Source of the DNA: Tubulanus polymorphus
Lineage: Eukaryota > Animalia > Nemertea
Direction of reading: 5' to 3'
Length of the DNA stretch: 64,000 nt
NCBI RefSeq assembly: GCF_964204645.1
Contig: NC_134027.1
Span: 8,774,485 to 8,838,484, forward strand
The notes below the pieces were generated by a model. It worked only from the letters and a program-made list of their open reading frames with translations. It ran no database searches and had not been told where the DNA came from. The number at the start of each line of letters is the position of its first letter. The stretch's first letter is position 1. Position numbers and translations under genes: made by a program. Shown in pieces: positions 39,360-52,679 of the stretch.

Positions 39360-40740
39360 TCCGGCATGGGCTGCTGTTTGTGCACTCATCCATAGTATAC
39401 TTTATATCTGTAGTAGTTTAAAATTGTCAGTTACAGATGGGATCCCGAAACCAAACTATACCTGCCACACTACCCCGAAAACAACACCAATCTCCGCTAC
39501 CTAAACAACCGGGCGGCGGACAAGTTTCAATATTGAAAAGGAAATGAATTCATCGCGAATTATACCTCTTCCAATACCCCGTAAATCATTCGCATCACGA
39601 GACTGGATTCGTAACACGAGGAACCGAGTGTCGGCTATCTTATTGAATCCCAAAAGTAAACAACCGATTTTGAATTATGAAGCTCAATAACCACTCCGGC
39701 GCGGATTGACGGATGATGAAAGATACAATTGAATTAATTCTACTCGAGAGAACGCCAGGAATCAAAATAATGTTTTTACATACTATTGTACTCCTGGAAC
39801 ACTTTACTGCATTTTTGGGAGAGACAGTGCCAGTGCGCCTGGGATTACAGTTGGGATGAATTATCACATCATTTGTAATATATGCCCTAGATACCAGATA
39901 TATAAAAATGACCTAATAAAGTAACCAATAATTAGTGATAAATATTTAGTGTATTTCGGCCTTGCTTTTCATTGCATTCGGATGATAGACGGCCTTTAAA
40001 GAATCCAATTGGCTGGTGTAGCTACGTGCTCTATTTTTACTCGTACTTCGGAGATAGCGCGCACAGTGTGTTGTGTTTAGAACAGACAAGTTCTACAGTT
40101 TGCTTCTAATTTTTATTCCCGTATGCACGCTACTACTTGAAGAGGACTACACTGCACGTACGTAACTTTCAGTAAGTATAGTTTGGTAAGTTGTTTGCCT
40201 ATTTCGATTGTCAAAATTGTTGTCTTTTGATTACATCACATAGACTTGCAGATCACTAGATAGGGACCCATACATTGGTTATCACTGACGACAGTGCATC
40301 TGAAAATTACGTTATTCTTTGTGTAATTCAAAACCGAATTAAGTTTCATCCATCCCAACTGATTTGAAACATATGTGTTTTATGATACGCAGATTAAGGT
40401 GTTCTCATTCGCTATACGGACTCAAATCGGTAGCTTATTTAGTCTTGCACTGTGCAGACATTCTTTCCTCCAAATAAAAAATGCTATGCTACCTTTATGA
40501 TCGTGAATACTACATGTATGCTGAAGAAAGCAGATCAAAATAAACCAAATGATTCTTGCCTTTGTACCAGTGTACAGAAGATAACGTTCTCAATGGTGTG
40601 ATATTGAAACTACGAAGTCCTTCTTATTTTCGGTGAAGAATTTTCCGAGCCATTTGGGTTCCCTACTGTACAGTTGTTTGTATAAAGATAACTTGTATAC
40701 TTTTTCAGCAAAAGTAGGTACCGCTAGTTAAACCGTGAAT

Positions 40741-41303
40741 ATGAGTCAGCCTCCGCCATCATACTATCCTGCAGAAGGTAACTAGACCATATTAAACTAA
40801 GGATTCTATTCAGTCCATGATTAAACGTAACAGTTGTTGTAATCATTACATTATTTACAATTAAAAGTATACTTTTTGTGGTTTGATCATATTAACGGTA
40901 ACGGTCATTTCCAGGCAAACCTCCAGAGGGACCACCACCCGGAGTCGTCTACCAACAGCAACCATGTGCAGTTATTGTGTCACCCCCACCGGCGCGAATG
41001 ACCGACCCACCGTCTGATTACCTAGCGTTGGCTATATTTGTTACTATCTGTTGCTGTTTGCCGTTAGGTATTGTGGCCATCATAAAGTCGATGGATACGA
41101 GAAATGCGATTGAGCGCGGGGACGCGCAGGCCGCTCACACCCACTCGCGCGATGCTCGAAAATGGTCCTTTATCGGACTGGGTTGCGGTATAGCGACTAT
41201 CATCATAACAATCATCATTCTAGTTGTTTACTTTGTCATCATTTACTCATATTTTCAAACCGGTGTGTCAGATTCTGAAAAAAACAGCTTCGATTTTAAT
41301 TAA
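40741..41303 (+). CDS. CD225/dispanin family protein (PRRT1/IFITM-like), copy 2
   Basis: Exons 40741-40777 and 40915-41303. PPSY motif, DYLALAIFVTICCCLPLGIVAIIKS, and a longer C-terminal tail than copy 1. Confidence 0.9.
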
Positions 41304-41621
41304 TCTAAACCACATTTGAAATCGTCATCGGCCGTTAATCTGCCATTCTGTCGCCTGTGGTGAAATATTTGTCATTAGCATGCACTATGTATCAATAGTA
41401 GTTCTTAGATGTTTTTGATAGTTCAGATTAAATCCAGATAGTACGTACCAATAAATATAGTCTAACGAAACTTGTTACCTGTTTTCAATTTCTTTCTGTG
41501 ACCTAACAGGTTCTACACAGCGTTTGGGTCGGATCAATTTTTGATATTCGCCCCCTTTCTCGTTATATCCTATCTGAAAATCGAAGATGAATTAAAAAAG
41601 ACTAATAACGGTGTACTATTC

Positions 41622-42213
41622 CTACGGAGTCCCGGAGGTGAAAAGATGAAAAATAAATGGTTTTTTTCGCGGGGACGAAATCATCTTTTCGTTTGAACGA
41701 AATGCTTTTTTATTGTACTCAATGAATAGGAGCCCGGAGGTGGTTCAAACATATCACCAGAGCCATTTGGCAGAAACCGACTGCATGACTACCTAATATC
41801 CAATCCCTCGAATCTATGTAACACCACGATGAAATATCTGGCCCACTCAAAAATCACCTGACTATAGCCCTTTACTACGGCTATTTTATTCTGGGGCGAG
41901 GGCGATGGCAATGTTTGGAGTGTATCGGCGTGTTTATTTGAGGGGTTGCGTAGGGGATTATTGTTTAGGAAGATCTTGTTTAGGGACAACTGCCTAGGGG
42001 TTACATGACTAAGTTGTAAACGACCCCACTGCGGGTCTGGGCCGTTCGGCGGGTGTGGCTAGGAACCCGGATTGTTTAGTTTAAAAAACAATATTTCAAC
42101 CACGTATCTACGTCACACCAAATGATTATTTTTCGGGAACACATTCGATCAAAAAGCTATCAAAAGCGAAAAAAAAACTATCTTTAGAATGTCAACTCCG
42201 CCGGGGCTCTGTT
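41622..42213. mobile_element. Possible degenerate TIR element
   Basis: CTACGGAGTCCCGGAGGTGA at the left versus TCAACTCCGCCGGGGCTCTGT at the right (imperfect inverted match). Confidence 0.35.
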
Positions 42214-43003
42214 CATTCCAAATACACCTAGGAAAAAAAATGTGTCGAATAAAATTTGATTGATTTGCATTTAATTGTCGTCCACTTCCTTTCCGCCATA
42301 TTGGATATTTTGGTATGGACAAATGTGAAATTTTATAGTTTTAAATCCCTCAAATTGTACCGAATCAGTTGTCAATTTGTACATTCAATATAAAACTCGC
42401 GTACTCATAAACTCTCTCTGTGAATTTATTATATTCGTTTGCTGTGTTCACCGCACTAACGAAGCAAAACGGCCTCCGAACGCGCTATTAAGTATTCCTG
42501 ATTCCTATCTGGTCTCTTAGCCCTAAACACGCCTAAATCCCTAAGAATAATACAAGAATCGAAAAATTACATTGGAATTAATCAGGGTGATGTGACTGTC
42601 TAAATTATAAGCCTAGTTGTAATAGTGAATTTTGGGCAGATGACTTGAATCTGGCCTGAAGTGCTTCGTGCGAGGGAGGTCAGCACTGGACTGGATTCTG
42701 TGGTGGTCCATTCATTATTCTATTCTTTATTCAATCATTGTCGAGTCTCTGCTAAAAATAAGGCCATAACGTCTTGATCTCTTCTTGAATTCACCTCTGC
42801 TCTAATTTTATTTGATTGGCATCTCGTGCGCTAGTACTGTACTAGCTAGGAATCCTCTAATTTTGTGGCAATGTATGAACATGCCGCTGGTAGATGGCGC
42901 TTCACTGTGTTTAATTAGTCAATTTTTTTCTTTTTTGTAGGTTGATAGAAGTCAATTTCCATTTAAAGGTGAGTTTTGATATCTATATTAACATAATTTT
43001 AGT

Positions 43004-43327
43004 AAAGCTATGTTTACACTTGCTATATCTTCTACCCGGGTTACGCGTCTACACTGGTACACTCGAATCGAAGTTCAACGCAGAGAATTATCCACAAAAC
43101 CCCAGATTTTAAAAGGTTTACCCGACATGAAACCCGCGTTCGCATCAGACTTATGCTAGTGTAGACGGTAATCTCTTGTTCAATGCAGCGTTCGGGTGCA
43201 ATAATTGGCCTTGAAGTTGAACTACGGATCATGGATTTATATTACCGAAGCAGAGTTTAAACATAGACTCGTTGTGAACATTAGTTTCGGTCTAACCCAG
43301 GTTCAATGAGCTAGTGAGGCGTAGCTT
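43004..43327. mobile_element. Harbinger-like MITE
   Basis: AAGCTATGTTTACACTTGCT...CCCGGGTT at the left; AACCCAGGTT...AGCTAGTGAGGCGTAGCTT at the right. Confidence 0.55.
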
Positions 43328-43334
43328 AAAGCCT

Positions 43335-43797
43335 AGCCTACCTCGACACTGCGATTGGAGACAACTAGTTGCTGGGCAGTTTTCGGCGCATGAGAGCAAC
43401 TGGCTGGATACAATGAGTTGCTTGAACTTGTCGAGGTGAGCTAGCTTACGACTGGTTAGCGTCCATCTATCTCCAGTTCCAGACAGTTGCCCATGTTCTA
43501 CTTTTGAGCAATTAGTTGTACTCAGTTACTGTCATTTATGTCGATGTGGGCATTCCATAATCAAAAACATATGGTTGCAACTGACTAAAACAAAGCAATT
43601 TGTCACGTGATTCGAGATGCCTTTCAGATACCTTCGAGTATTAGATAACACATCTCAGTTGCTGTCGATGTGTGCGCTATGGACCTAGCGACCGGCATGA
43701 GCCACGCAGAAGCTGGTTTTCATTAGATTTTCGATGTGAGCCGGTACTCGCTCACTAGCAACTAGTTGTCTCCACTCGCTTTGTCGATGTATGCTTA
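43335..43797. mobile_element. MITE with ~38-bp imperfect TIRs
   Basis: AGCCTACCTCGACACTGCGATTGGAGACAACTAGTTGCT / AGCAACTAGTTGTCTCCACTCGCTTTGTCGATGTATGCT, with internal GTCGATGTG repeats. Confidence 0.7.
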
Positions 43798-44853
43798 ACT
43801 TAAAAGGCACTGACTACTTACTGCCTTAAACTGGTGTTTACAGGTATAAAGATTTAATCTCCCCCTCCGTGATTAAAGAAATGTATTGAATTCTAGGCCA
43901 CCGTGTCTGTCTAGGAATTTCATCCGAGAGTTTAGTGCAGTGGTTTATTTTATAGCCTAAGTATAGTGTAGTAAACTTACGCGGACAACTCAATATAGGC
44001 CTAGTAAAGTGTTGGTGTTTCACTCAATGATCTTTAATTTTTGCTCAGCGCTTGTGTAGGTCTGTCTACCTGCTGCAAAGTTCTTGTTGACAGCACTTTT
44101 AACATTGCTCAAGTTGCTCAAGTTAAAGGCATCGTGCACAGATAATCTTACCAAAGCTATTGCATTGTCCAACTTTTTGAATGGTGACATGAAGGCCGCA
44201 ATCCCTAATTTTTTGAAGAGTAGATATTTTCGAGGGACAGTGGCAGCTTCCTCGATGTGTCATCCAGTTGAGAAATTGTGACGATCTTATTTCTAGGGAT
44301 TAGATTTATTTCATTTATTTACAATAATTTCAACAATCATCAAAGATCAACAATGGAATATTTTATAATTAAAGAAAGCATGAAAGCTTTCCGTTTTTAG
44401 ATCGATGAAAAGTGAAAAGGAAAACATTGAAAAACGACACTATGTGCTCTAAACTATGAAGGGTAGAAAAGTCGGGGTTTTTCTGGTAGATTCAGGTCAG
44501 TCCTTGTTGGACTGTAACAATTTGTCCGACTTCAATACTATCCGCTACCATTTCGTGGCTGGTGCTGTCAAACTCGTTTAGTCATCACCGGATTAGCGGT
44601 CACATTGCTTAGACACAAATTGAAATAACAATGACAAATTTGATTTAAAGATACAGTGGTCTGGGTCTTTGTATCCCGACATGTATTTCCAATCTATGTA
44701 AGTCGTCAACATTAGATGGTCCCGACCATATGATATATGTGTACGTGTGTTACTGATGTCGAAAAAATATTTCGACAAATGTAGCGTAACGAATTAAAAA
44801 GTTATATCCCATTTCGTTTGATCCAACTTGAAGCCGGTCTACATTACTTTCTT

Positions 44854-47800
44854 TCACTCATCGGGTTCGTGTTCTTGCGAGCATTTCAGAGCGGTCGACG
44901 TGCAATTGGTATTACTTTGCGCCGACTCGTCTTCCGCGGGAAGCAGTTGATCGCCTTGAATTTTGTCGTAATCCACGTCGACATCGTTCTGCGGCGTTTT
45001 CTTTTTCCGACAGTTGGCGGCGGCAGCCACGGCGCCATTTCTATCGCAGCACAGCGTTTCGTAGAAGGCGTCGTTGAATTGACTGTTCATCAGGCCGTAG
45101 ACGAACGGGTTCACCGCGCAGCTCAAGTACACGGTTATCTGGCAGAACATGTGGTACTTCTTCGACAACGCGTCGTTGTTCCAATCGACGATCGTCGTGA
45201 TCGTGCACGGGAAATACGACACAATGAAAACGGCGAATATCGCCGCCGTCATTTTCGTCAGGTGCTGTTCCTGTTTGGTGGCGAGCAACGAATGCGACTG
45301 GGCGTTCGAGACGATGTTTCGAATTTTCGAATGGCTCCGTCGCATTTTCCGGTAGATGTAACAGTAGCAGTACACGATGAGCAGGCATGGCGCGCCGGCG
45401 CGTACGAGGTACAGCGTCAATTTGTACGACTGGCTTTCGTGGTTCATGCGCAGGTTGCATGTCGCCATGATCGGCACGAACGCGAATGCGCCCCAGATTT
45501 CGAACAGCGGCAGGATGAGGATGGTCGCCGGTAGACTCCACGTCGTCACGATCATCCATTTGACGCCATTCGCCGTGAACAGTCGTCGGTACGTCGCCGG
45601 GTTCGTTACCAACATGTAGCGATTCCATGCTATGAACGAAATGCTCATCAGTGTCGTGCCTGAAAAGATAGTTTGGACGATGTTAAATCGGTGAAGTTAC
45701 GAATGAATTTACAGTAACATGCCCACTAATTCGCTATACCCTTGCAATTGCTAATGCTCGGACACTCTTTAGATGAGTTTACTGGAAACTAAGAGATTTA
45801 AGCTCAATTAGTGATACAGTAGGCCTATCGGTAAAACCTCTATACAGTAAACACTCGGTTCCAGGAAAAGCATTCGCTATGAAAGGGAAGGACTATGAAC
45901 TAGATATTTTTGCTGTTTGTGAGAAAAAATGTTCTCTATTGAGAGAGGTATTCGCTATGCTATTCGTTTTCTGTATTCGACTTATGGGGTTTCATTCAGA
46001 GATGCTCAGAGTACTGAGTACAGATCTTTTTCACTAAAAGTTGATCTTCTACCGCACCGCTGCATTTTGTGGCCATGAAATCATAGTTAATCCCGTTCCA
46101 ACTGTTCTGAAAATAGTCACTTGAGTCCCGACAAATGGAGAGACACTGATTTCTGACACCACATAGATATAAATGTTATCGACCGATTCGAATGACTATT
46201 CTATTATTTGCCATCTAATTAATTTAATGCGTCTGCATTGATCGCGTTGATCGCGGCGTAGGAGTCGTAAATACGATGGGATCTTTGAAATCCTGTTTGT
46301 AAATTATTACGTCGGTTTGCGTTTGATTCACTCGAATTGAACTAGCAGTTCCATCAACGTGTCACTCGAGAGTAGTAACTGCCTGTGTTGACTTAAAATA
46401 ATAGAAGCGAGCAAGCAATATATGAATATATAATCAATAAATTGTTTTGGTGGCTCTGGGGTTGTAAAAGAATTACGTTTTACGCGATATTTCATCTCCG
46501 AGACATTTTTACGAGCTGCTTGCACTGTGGTATGTGTGTATTAGTATCAACATAAATTTTTGTTTACTCCAGTGCATGAGTATTTTCTCCTCAACGGAGG
46601 TGTGCAATACGTTTTGGACCGTAGCTCGAGTGTTCGACTCCAAATCCACTCTTCAATATTTATATGATAGATAGCAATGACTGATCTGCCGGGGATCTGC
46701 TGTGTGCAAGTAGAATCTTAAAACGGGCATTTTAAAAATGTCGTTGCGTGCATCCGGCTTACGGGATTTCACGCAATGTTTATATTAAAAGATACTTCGC
46801 CTCCGCGTACCGGGTAGCATGCTCGTGACGAATGCGACGAATTTGCAAATCCATCCGTCGAATTGCCATTGATTCGCTATAAACGTGTACATCGTGAACG
46901 GCAATAGGCTGACAGTCAGCAGGTCGCAGACGGCGAGATTAAGCAGGAACAAATTCGACGGCGTTCTCAACGTCTTGCACTTATGGAAAGCCGTTATCAC
47001 GATCGCATTGCCTAAAACAAGAGAGAGAGAGACATTAACATTAACGAAAATGACCGTAATCAACATTCTTATAACAAGGTTCTGCGTGTCTTTCTGAGTA
47101 ACGTTTTCGATAGTAGCTTCTCTTTATTTGGCGGGCACAGTCAACCCCCGATATACCGCCACCCCCGCCTACCGTCGGGTTTCTATATGTACATCTCTAT
47201 ACAGATATATAGTAAAATACCCCGATATACCACCGTACTCTCTATACTGCCAAAATCATCCTGCACCGATGTGGGCGGTATATCGGGGATTGACTATATG
47301 GACAATTAATTCCCTATTTCAAGATGAAAAAAATCGAAAACATCGAATGATCCTAAATGTCCCTAGTCAGGATATTTTCGGCGTGGGTGGTTATGGTGTG
47401 GATTATTAAGGTTATCCTCGTATTCCTTCATGTAATTCTTGTACGCCTTCCTGCAGAAGTTCATACTGTTGCTCGATTTGATTTCCACATCTAGAAGGCA
47501 TCAGTCATTTGTTGACAGTATTTATCTCGCTTATTTCCCCAATGTGGAATTGGTATGCGCAGAATATTCTGCGGGGATAAAGTCGCCAGACTTCGCTTTC
47601 TTGACACAGTGATATTGCGAAAGGTTTTCTCCGGGGATTGTTTTGTCGTCGTTCGACCGCAGACTGATTTCGTCTATTGCGCGATGAAAAATCACGAAAG
47701 TCGTTTTGTATGTGACTCTTAGTTTGCATATGATAACATGCATATGATAGGCCTGCATCAATTTAGAGCGCCTCTGAATGATGGTTGATAATTATCAATA

Positions 47801-48394
47801 CATCTTCAACTGTAGCCATTTACCGTGTATGGAAAAGTCGAGGAAATTTGTTGAGATTGCATGATCACGCGTAAAATCAAACAGTTTTTACATCTAGACT
47901 TTGTCTTACGCATTTGAATGCTTTAATTGGTTAGATTCTTAGCAGATTGAGTCCGGGAGAACAACTTGCATGTCGGGAAATGATCAGGGAAAAAGCAAGT
48001 CGAATATAAGTGGCCGCCCTGTTCTAATCTTCTCTGATCAACAGGTACTAGTACAATTTGTATGACGATAATTATGACAGGCGATTATTATACATTATTT
48101 TGTGATTGATCGGAAGGACGGATTATTCGACTGATATGTCGCTCGCTTACCTGGCAGCGCTATCAAAATAATTACGGCCATAATTCCGACCGCCGGATAA
48201 ATCGTGTTCCAATCTCGGTTGTCGCGGTTAATTTCCATCTCTCGGACGTCATCGGCATCATCGGTAAAATTCGCCAATGCTCTCAATGCCGACGTCGTAA
48301 ATTCCGTCCATCCGTCGTTTTGTCCTCGTTGGTTCGAATTTAACATCGTCGCCACCTCGTCGTCGTTAGATACGTTCTCCCGTTTCAAATACAT
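44854..48394 (-). CDS. Class A GPCR, moody/Tre1/GPR84/melatonin-receptor-like, 3 exons
   Basis: Exons 48394 (or 48346)-48151, 47011-46811 and 45659-44854 join in phase: ALPG|NAIVI, LRTPSNLFLLNLAVCDLL, W..GWICK, TM3 SISFIAWNRY (the NRY variant), EQHLTKMTAAIFAVFIVSYFP, AVNPFVYGLMNSQF. Confidence 0.9.
47138..47296. mobile_element. pogo/Tigger-like MITE in a GPCR intron
   Basis: CAGTCAACCCCCGATATACCGCC ... GGCGGTATATCGGGGATTGACT. Confidence 0.7.
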
Positions 48395-50608
48395 AAAAAA
48401 TTCGCCGCGAAATTAGCAGCGATTTATAGAGATCGATTATTTTCCCACCCGTCGAGCGGGTTGATCGCGTCGCGAAAAGTAGGATCCCGACGACGTTGCC
48501 ACCGAAATAATTCCATAACTTTGTTAATGAACTGTTTTAAACAAATCGTACCTTTACATCGCGTAGAGCGGGTTGTTAACACCGATATTTTTAGTCCGTA
48601 TGAGATTTTTTTTGTAACATTTACTGCGATATCATTTCTCCTAAAAAAGTGGAGTTTCACCGATGACAACGACTACATCGTTATGAGAGATGTTCGGTAT
48701 TCGCCGGTGAACGGTTGTTTCCTGTTGCAAAGCAACCACTTGTGCGTACTGTATTGTGAAGAGTGGTTCGGCGTAAAGCTCCTCGTTTCGTATCCGTTTT
48801 CATTGGTTCGCGTCTCTCCTGCGTCATTGTAGAGACTCCGGAGATAGTTAGGTGTGAACGCGGTTTTGTTTGCCGACTACAATCGCGAGATTTACTGCCA
48901 AAATGGAACACGCGATCGTAAAGTTCACTGCAGACAGCTTTTCATTACAGTTACCCTCCTGTGATCATGAGTGATCATGTATAGACGATACTTCTGAAAT
49001 TGTTAGGTCATTGGGAGCCACTCAATTTAGTTGATGATACCACCACTTGAACCTTAGACCAATTATCAAGAAGTGACTTGGAAGGATTCTGTTGTTCACG
49101 ATTTCAGCAGGATTTCATCCATTTTTACGGCGCAAATCTGTTAGAGGTTTCACTTCGCGTCGGTGCCTACAGACTTGAAGATCGTTACTGTTCAATGATT
49201 GCAAGTTTCAAAGGCTTCGATATGTTACTAGACTATCTCTGAACGCTATGATTACCCGCGGTATGATGTTGATGTCGCTTTCGCGTTTTTGCGAGTCATC
49301 GTGTGACTTTGCCCCCGGTAGTTTTGAAGTTAATTCGTCACGTAGTCGCCTCCGCCGCAGCTGATTGGCTTCTGTTTCCGTGAATAAAACGGTATTTCTC
49401 CGAATTGAAAAGCCCCCCAGGTGAATGGCGACATATATGTCTCTACGGGACTGTTCTTAAAATTTTGGTGCGTGCTTGTGTATTTCTGTAAATGCCAAGG
49501 AGAAATAGTCATGACCTGACTGGTGTGTGCTTTTCCTCAGGTTGGCAATCATATTTTTTCTTAACAAAAGCCTTTTTTGATTGCTTGGAGTACGGGTTTT
49601 TCAAGGAGAAAAATTAAAGGACAAGGGGAAGAAATTGAGGATTAAAAACAGATCACAGGCTTTGGAAGAGAAAAAATAGAAATAAACATTTTTCTATTAT
49701 TCAAATATTTTCCTCTTACATACCTTAGCATGATTGGACTGCCGTAAAAAGAAATTTTAGATAGTGAAAATTGTGTTGCATTGAATTGAAATAAAGGGAG
49801 ATACAAAGAAAACTAACATTAAGCAAATCTTGTGTTTTTTTTCTTTTTTGTTTTAAAAAAAATTATGATTAAACACAACAGAGTATTGAAAAAACTTTTT
49901 TGTAGTAATGATTTTTTTGCAGAATCGCTGGCTGCATATCCGTACTCCAGGTGATTAAAAAAAGGCCTAATGAATTGTGCGCACTAGAGCTTGTAAAGTG
50001 AAGAGACATGAAAGCTTATTACATCTTCACTCTAATTAATTGTTTGAGCTGGTTGAAAAGTCGGACTTCATCCATATGTCTCCTTGGCATCAAAATGGAG
50101 CCGGTGTTTCAGTTTTTTGACAAATGAGACATTTTATCAAAATGCCCAAACAACCCAAATTCGACTTAAATTTTCTTGTTAATGTGTTTAAAAGGAATTC
50201 TGTTGGCGAAATTGGAGAAGGTTTAGCCGCGCTAGTTGATGTTTTAACCGGAATTATTGCGTTCTTCGTCTTCGAAGGCTTTTCAGAGCCTGACGAATCA
50301 AGCAAATGATGTTGATTTGTATTTGATTTCCCGATGTAGCGAGGAATTCTAATTGCTTTGATTTCTTCGTGTGCAGCTTGTAAATTTTGCATTTTCGGAA
50401 TAGTTTCTCATACTCGAGTAGAATTCAACAGCTGACAGTAGAAATCTCGTGTGTCTAGACGTTCAAGCGTTCCGATAATCTGAGCGTTATTTGCGCCTAC
50501 AATGCTTGGCATTGATGATGATACGAACTGTTCGATGAATTAATAAGATGCAGTTGTTTGAATTCTCATATTGTCTTAGTTCATAGCTCTGCGCCTATAG
50601 TCGAATTA

Positions 50609-50842
50609 GCTGCGGTCCCACAGGCACAGCAATGATTTGGCCCGGGCCAAATTCGCACATATCTAGTTACAGTCGATTTGGCCCGTGCCTTATTAGAAAG
50701 CGCGTAAATCACTGACTCGATACTAAACAATGTTTAAATAAAGCGTAGTGAGTCACTTCCGGAACCAGTTGCAATTCACGCCCAAAGATTTGACCCGTGC
50801 TAAAATTTGGGCGGGCCAAATATCCTGATGCAATCGCGGCTC
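50609..50842. mobile_element. Degenerate MITE with repeated ATTTGGCCCG(G/T)GCC motifs
   Basis: AGCTGCGGT..GATTTGGCCCGGGCCAAAT at the left; GGGCGGGCCAAATATC..ATCGCGGCT at the right. Confidence 0.45.
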
Positions 50843-52616
50843 TTGATTCATTCTTGGTTCTTCGTTAGAGGTGATAGCTTGACCGGGAAGGTCTAGAAGT
50901 ATTCGAGTTATAAATAGTTGACACGAGTGTCCGGGTGTTCAGCGAGATGCTGACAAACGAAGCAAGAAGTAACATACACCCAATCAGAACGCAATCCCGA
51001 GACATCCAATTATACACATGATAAATGATATACTGTATACGAATATGCTTTTTTTGTCGTAAGTTCATTATACATGAATATAATCTGCTTTTATCTAATT
51101 GCGATATATGCATGACGAGAATGAGAAGGATTCATAAAATGACGAAGATGAATGAAAGTACTTGTATAAAGATAAAACGTCAGTTGTGACAGAGAAGCCG
51201 GCGCTGTTGACGATGAAAACCCGGTATTCGATGCCGATACTTGTATTGTAAGCTGATCGACGGAAAGCTCCGTATCTCGGTCTCGTCGACGTTTTCGCAT
51301 AATCTCGGAAAGTTGTCGGTCTTCGCGCCGATTCTATCGTCGATGCCAGACACGGCGGTACTTCCCGATTAAACAACACGCGATCCCGCCGGCTTAAATC
51401 CTCGTACATCAAATCGCGACTCGCCGTTAGGCTTTCGGGCTTTTTTTCTCGATCATGTACGTACGCCCCTTGTTTTGGTAATTTTTGTAGACGTTACGTG
51501 CAACACCATCCACCTACGACGACGCTAGATGATGATGACATTTTTAGTGAATAGGTGTTCCATTAGTTAAATGGTCTATACACGCAGATGTAGTCTATGT
51601 TTATGTGATTTCCGAGAAACATGGCTTGTCCATAATTGCTCCTTGTCCATTTTTGTGGTGTGTTATTGGTTGGATGATTTTTTTATAGTGTGAAAGTTGA
51701 GAGCGAATTCAGTCGTGTACGTTTGGCACCATGATGAGATCCTCGGCCGATTGATGTTAGTGAAACAGAGGATCGAATTGATTGATTAATTACTTCATTA
51801 TTATCATCTCGTTTGAAATGCATTGTGCATTATATAGCTATATTCTATCAAAACTTAATATCGATGTTGTTGTCTTTTCAATCCTGATCTAACACTTACT
51901 CGGCACTGGTCTTTTGAACTTAATTATCGAGTTTGTCCTGTTTCGGTAGAAATGCTTCTTTCATTTCGTCGGTTATTCCGAATTCGGATAAAATTGATAT
52001 TCGGCCTCTCGGAAGGCACTTGTAGCATGAATCTCCGATGGGACGACATATAGAGAATAGTAATGCATTCGATCTATCATCTAGTGCATGTGTATTTGCC
52101 ATGCCCGGAGTGACCTTCAGATTTCTGCGCGTCTGAAACATGTTCGGATAGAGCTAACGTAACGATAGCTCGACCTCGCTCAGATCCAGTTAAACGATTC
52201 GATGATTAATATGAATTCCCTTCTCAAATTTAACGTCAAACATTTCGTAATTGGCCTATGAATTAGATTGGTTTCTAGATCCGAGCCATCGGTTAAATTG
52301 GTCGCTGATCGAATCAATTTCCTCACTTGCCATTCGAGGAATGTTGTATTCTTGAATGTCATTATACAGTGAACCTCGGCTAACTCGGCTAACTCGGACA
52401 AGCTGGGACATGAAATAAATTGTTTTGAGGTTCAAACGAAGTCTGAGCTAAGGATGGAAAATATGTCAGGTCAGCAAAATGATAACATTTTCAACCGAGT
52501 TAGTCTGAGTCTGAGTCTGAGTTATAGATGTTTACCGTACATCTTCATTTTATTGCTCACACAGTGTTGCATGCCATTGACGTACCACACGACGTTTCTT
52601 TTAAATCGACTGATAA

Positions 52617-52640
52617 ATTTCTCTCTTCGTTTTCTCATTG
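52617..52640 (+). promoter_or_regulatory. Pyrimidine tract upstream of RPL29: TCT/5'TOP-type start site, or the acceptor after an upstream non-coding exon
   Basis: TTTCTCTCTTCGTTTTCTC lies ~40-60 nt before the RPL29 ATG. Ribosomal-protein genes typically start in such tracts, but it is also followed by TAG. Confidence 0.5.
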
Positions 52641-52679
52641 TAGATACTGCTGTTATAGGCTCATCGTCGATAACTAAAA

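Noticed and set aside
44818-45628. Long 238-aa antisense and 195-aa alternative-frame ORFs
   Set aside because: They coincide with the GC-rich last exon of the moody-like GPCR and are explained by codon bias.
51731-51790. ATGATGA-starting segment as a C/D snoRNA
   Set aside because: There is no properly placed CTGA D box and no known host intron.
50090-52401. Several 70-105 aa minus-strand ORFs upstream of RPL29
   Set aside because: I could not join them into a consistent spliced model or recognise a family. A lncRNA or divergent gene is not excluded without RNA data.
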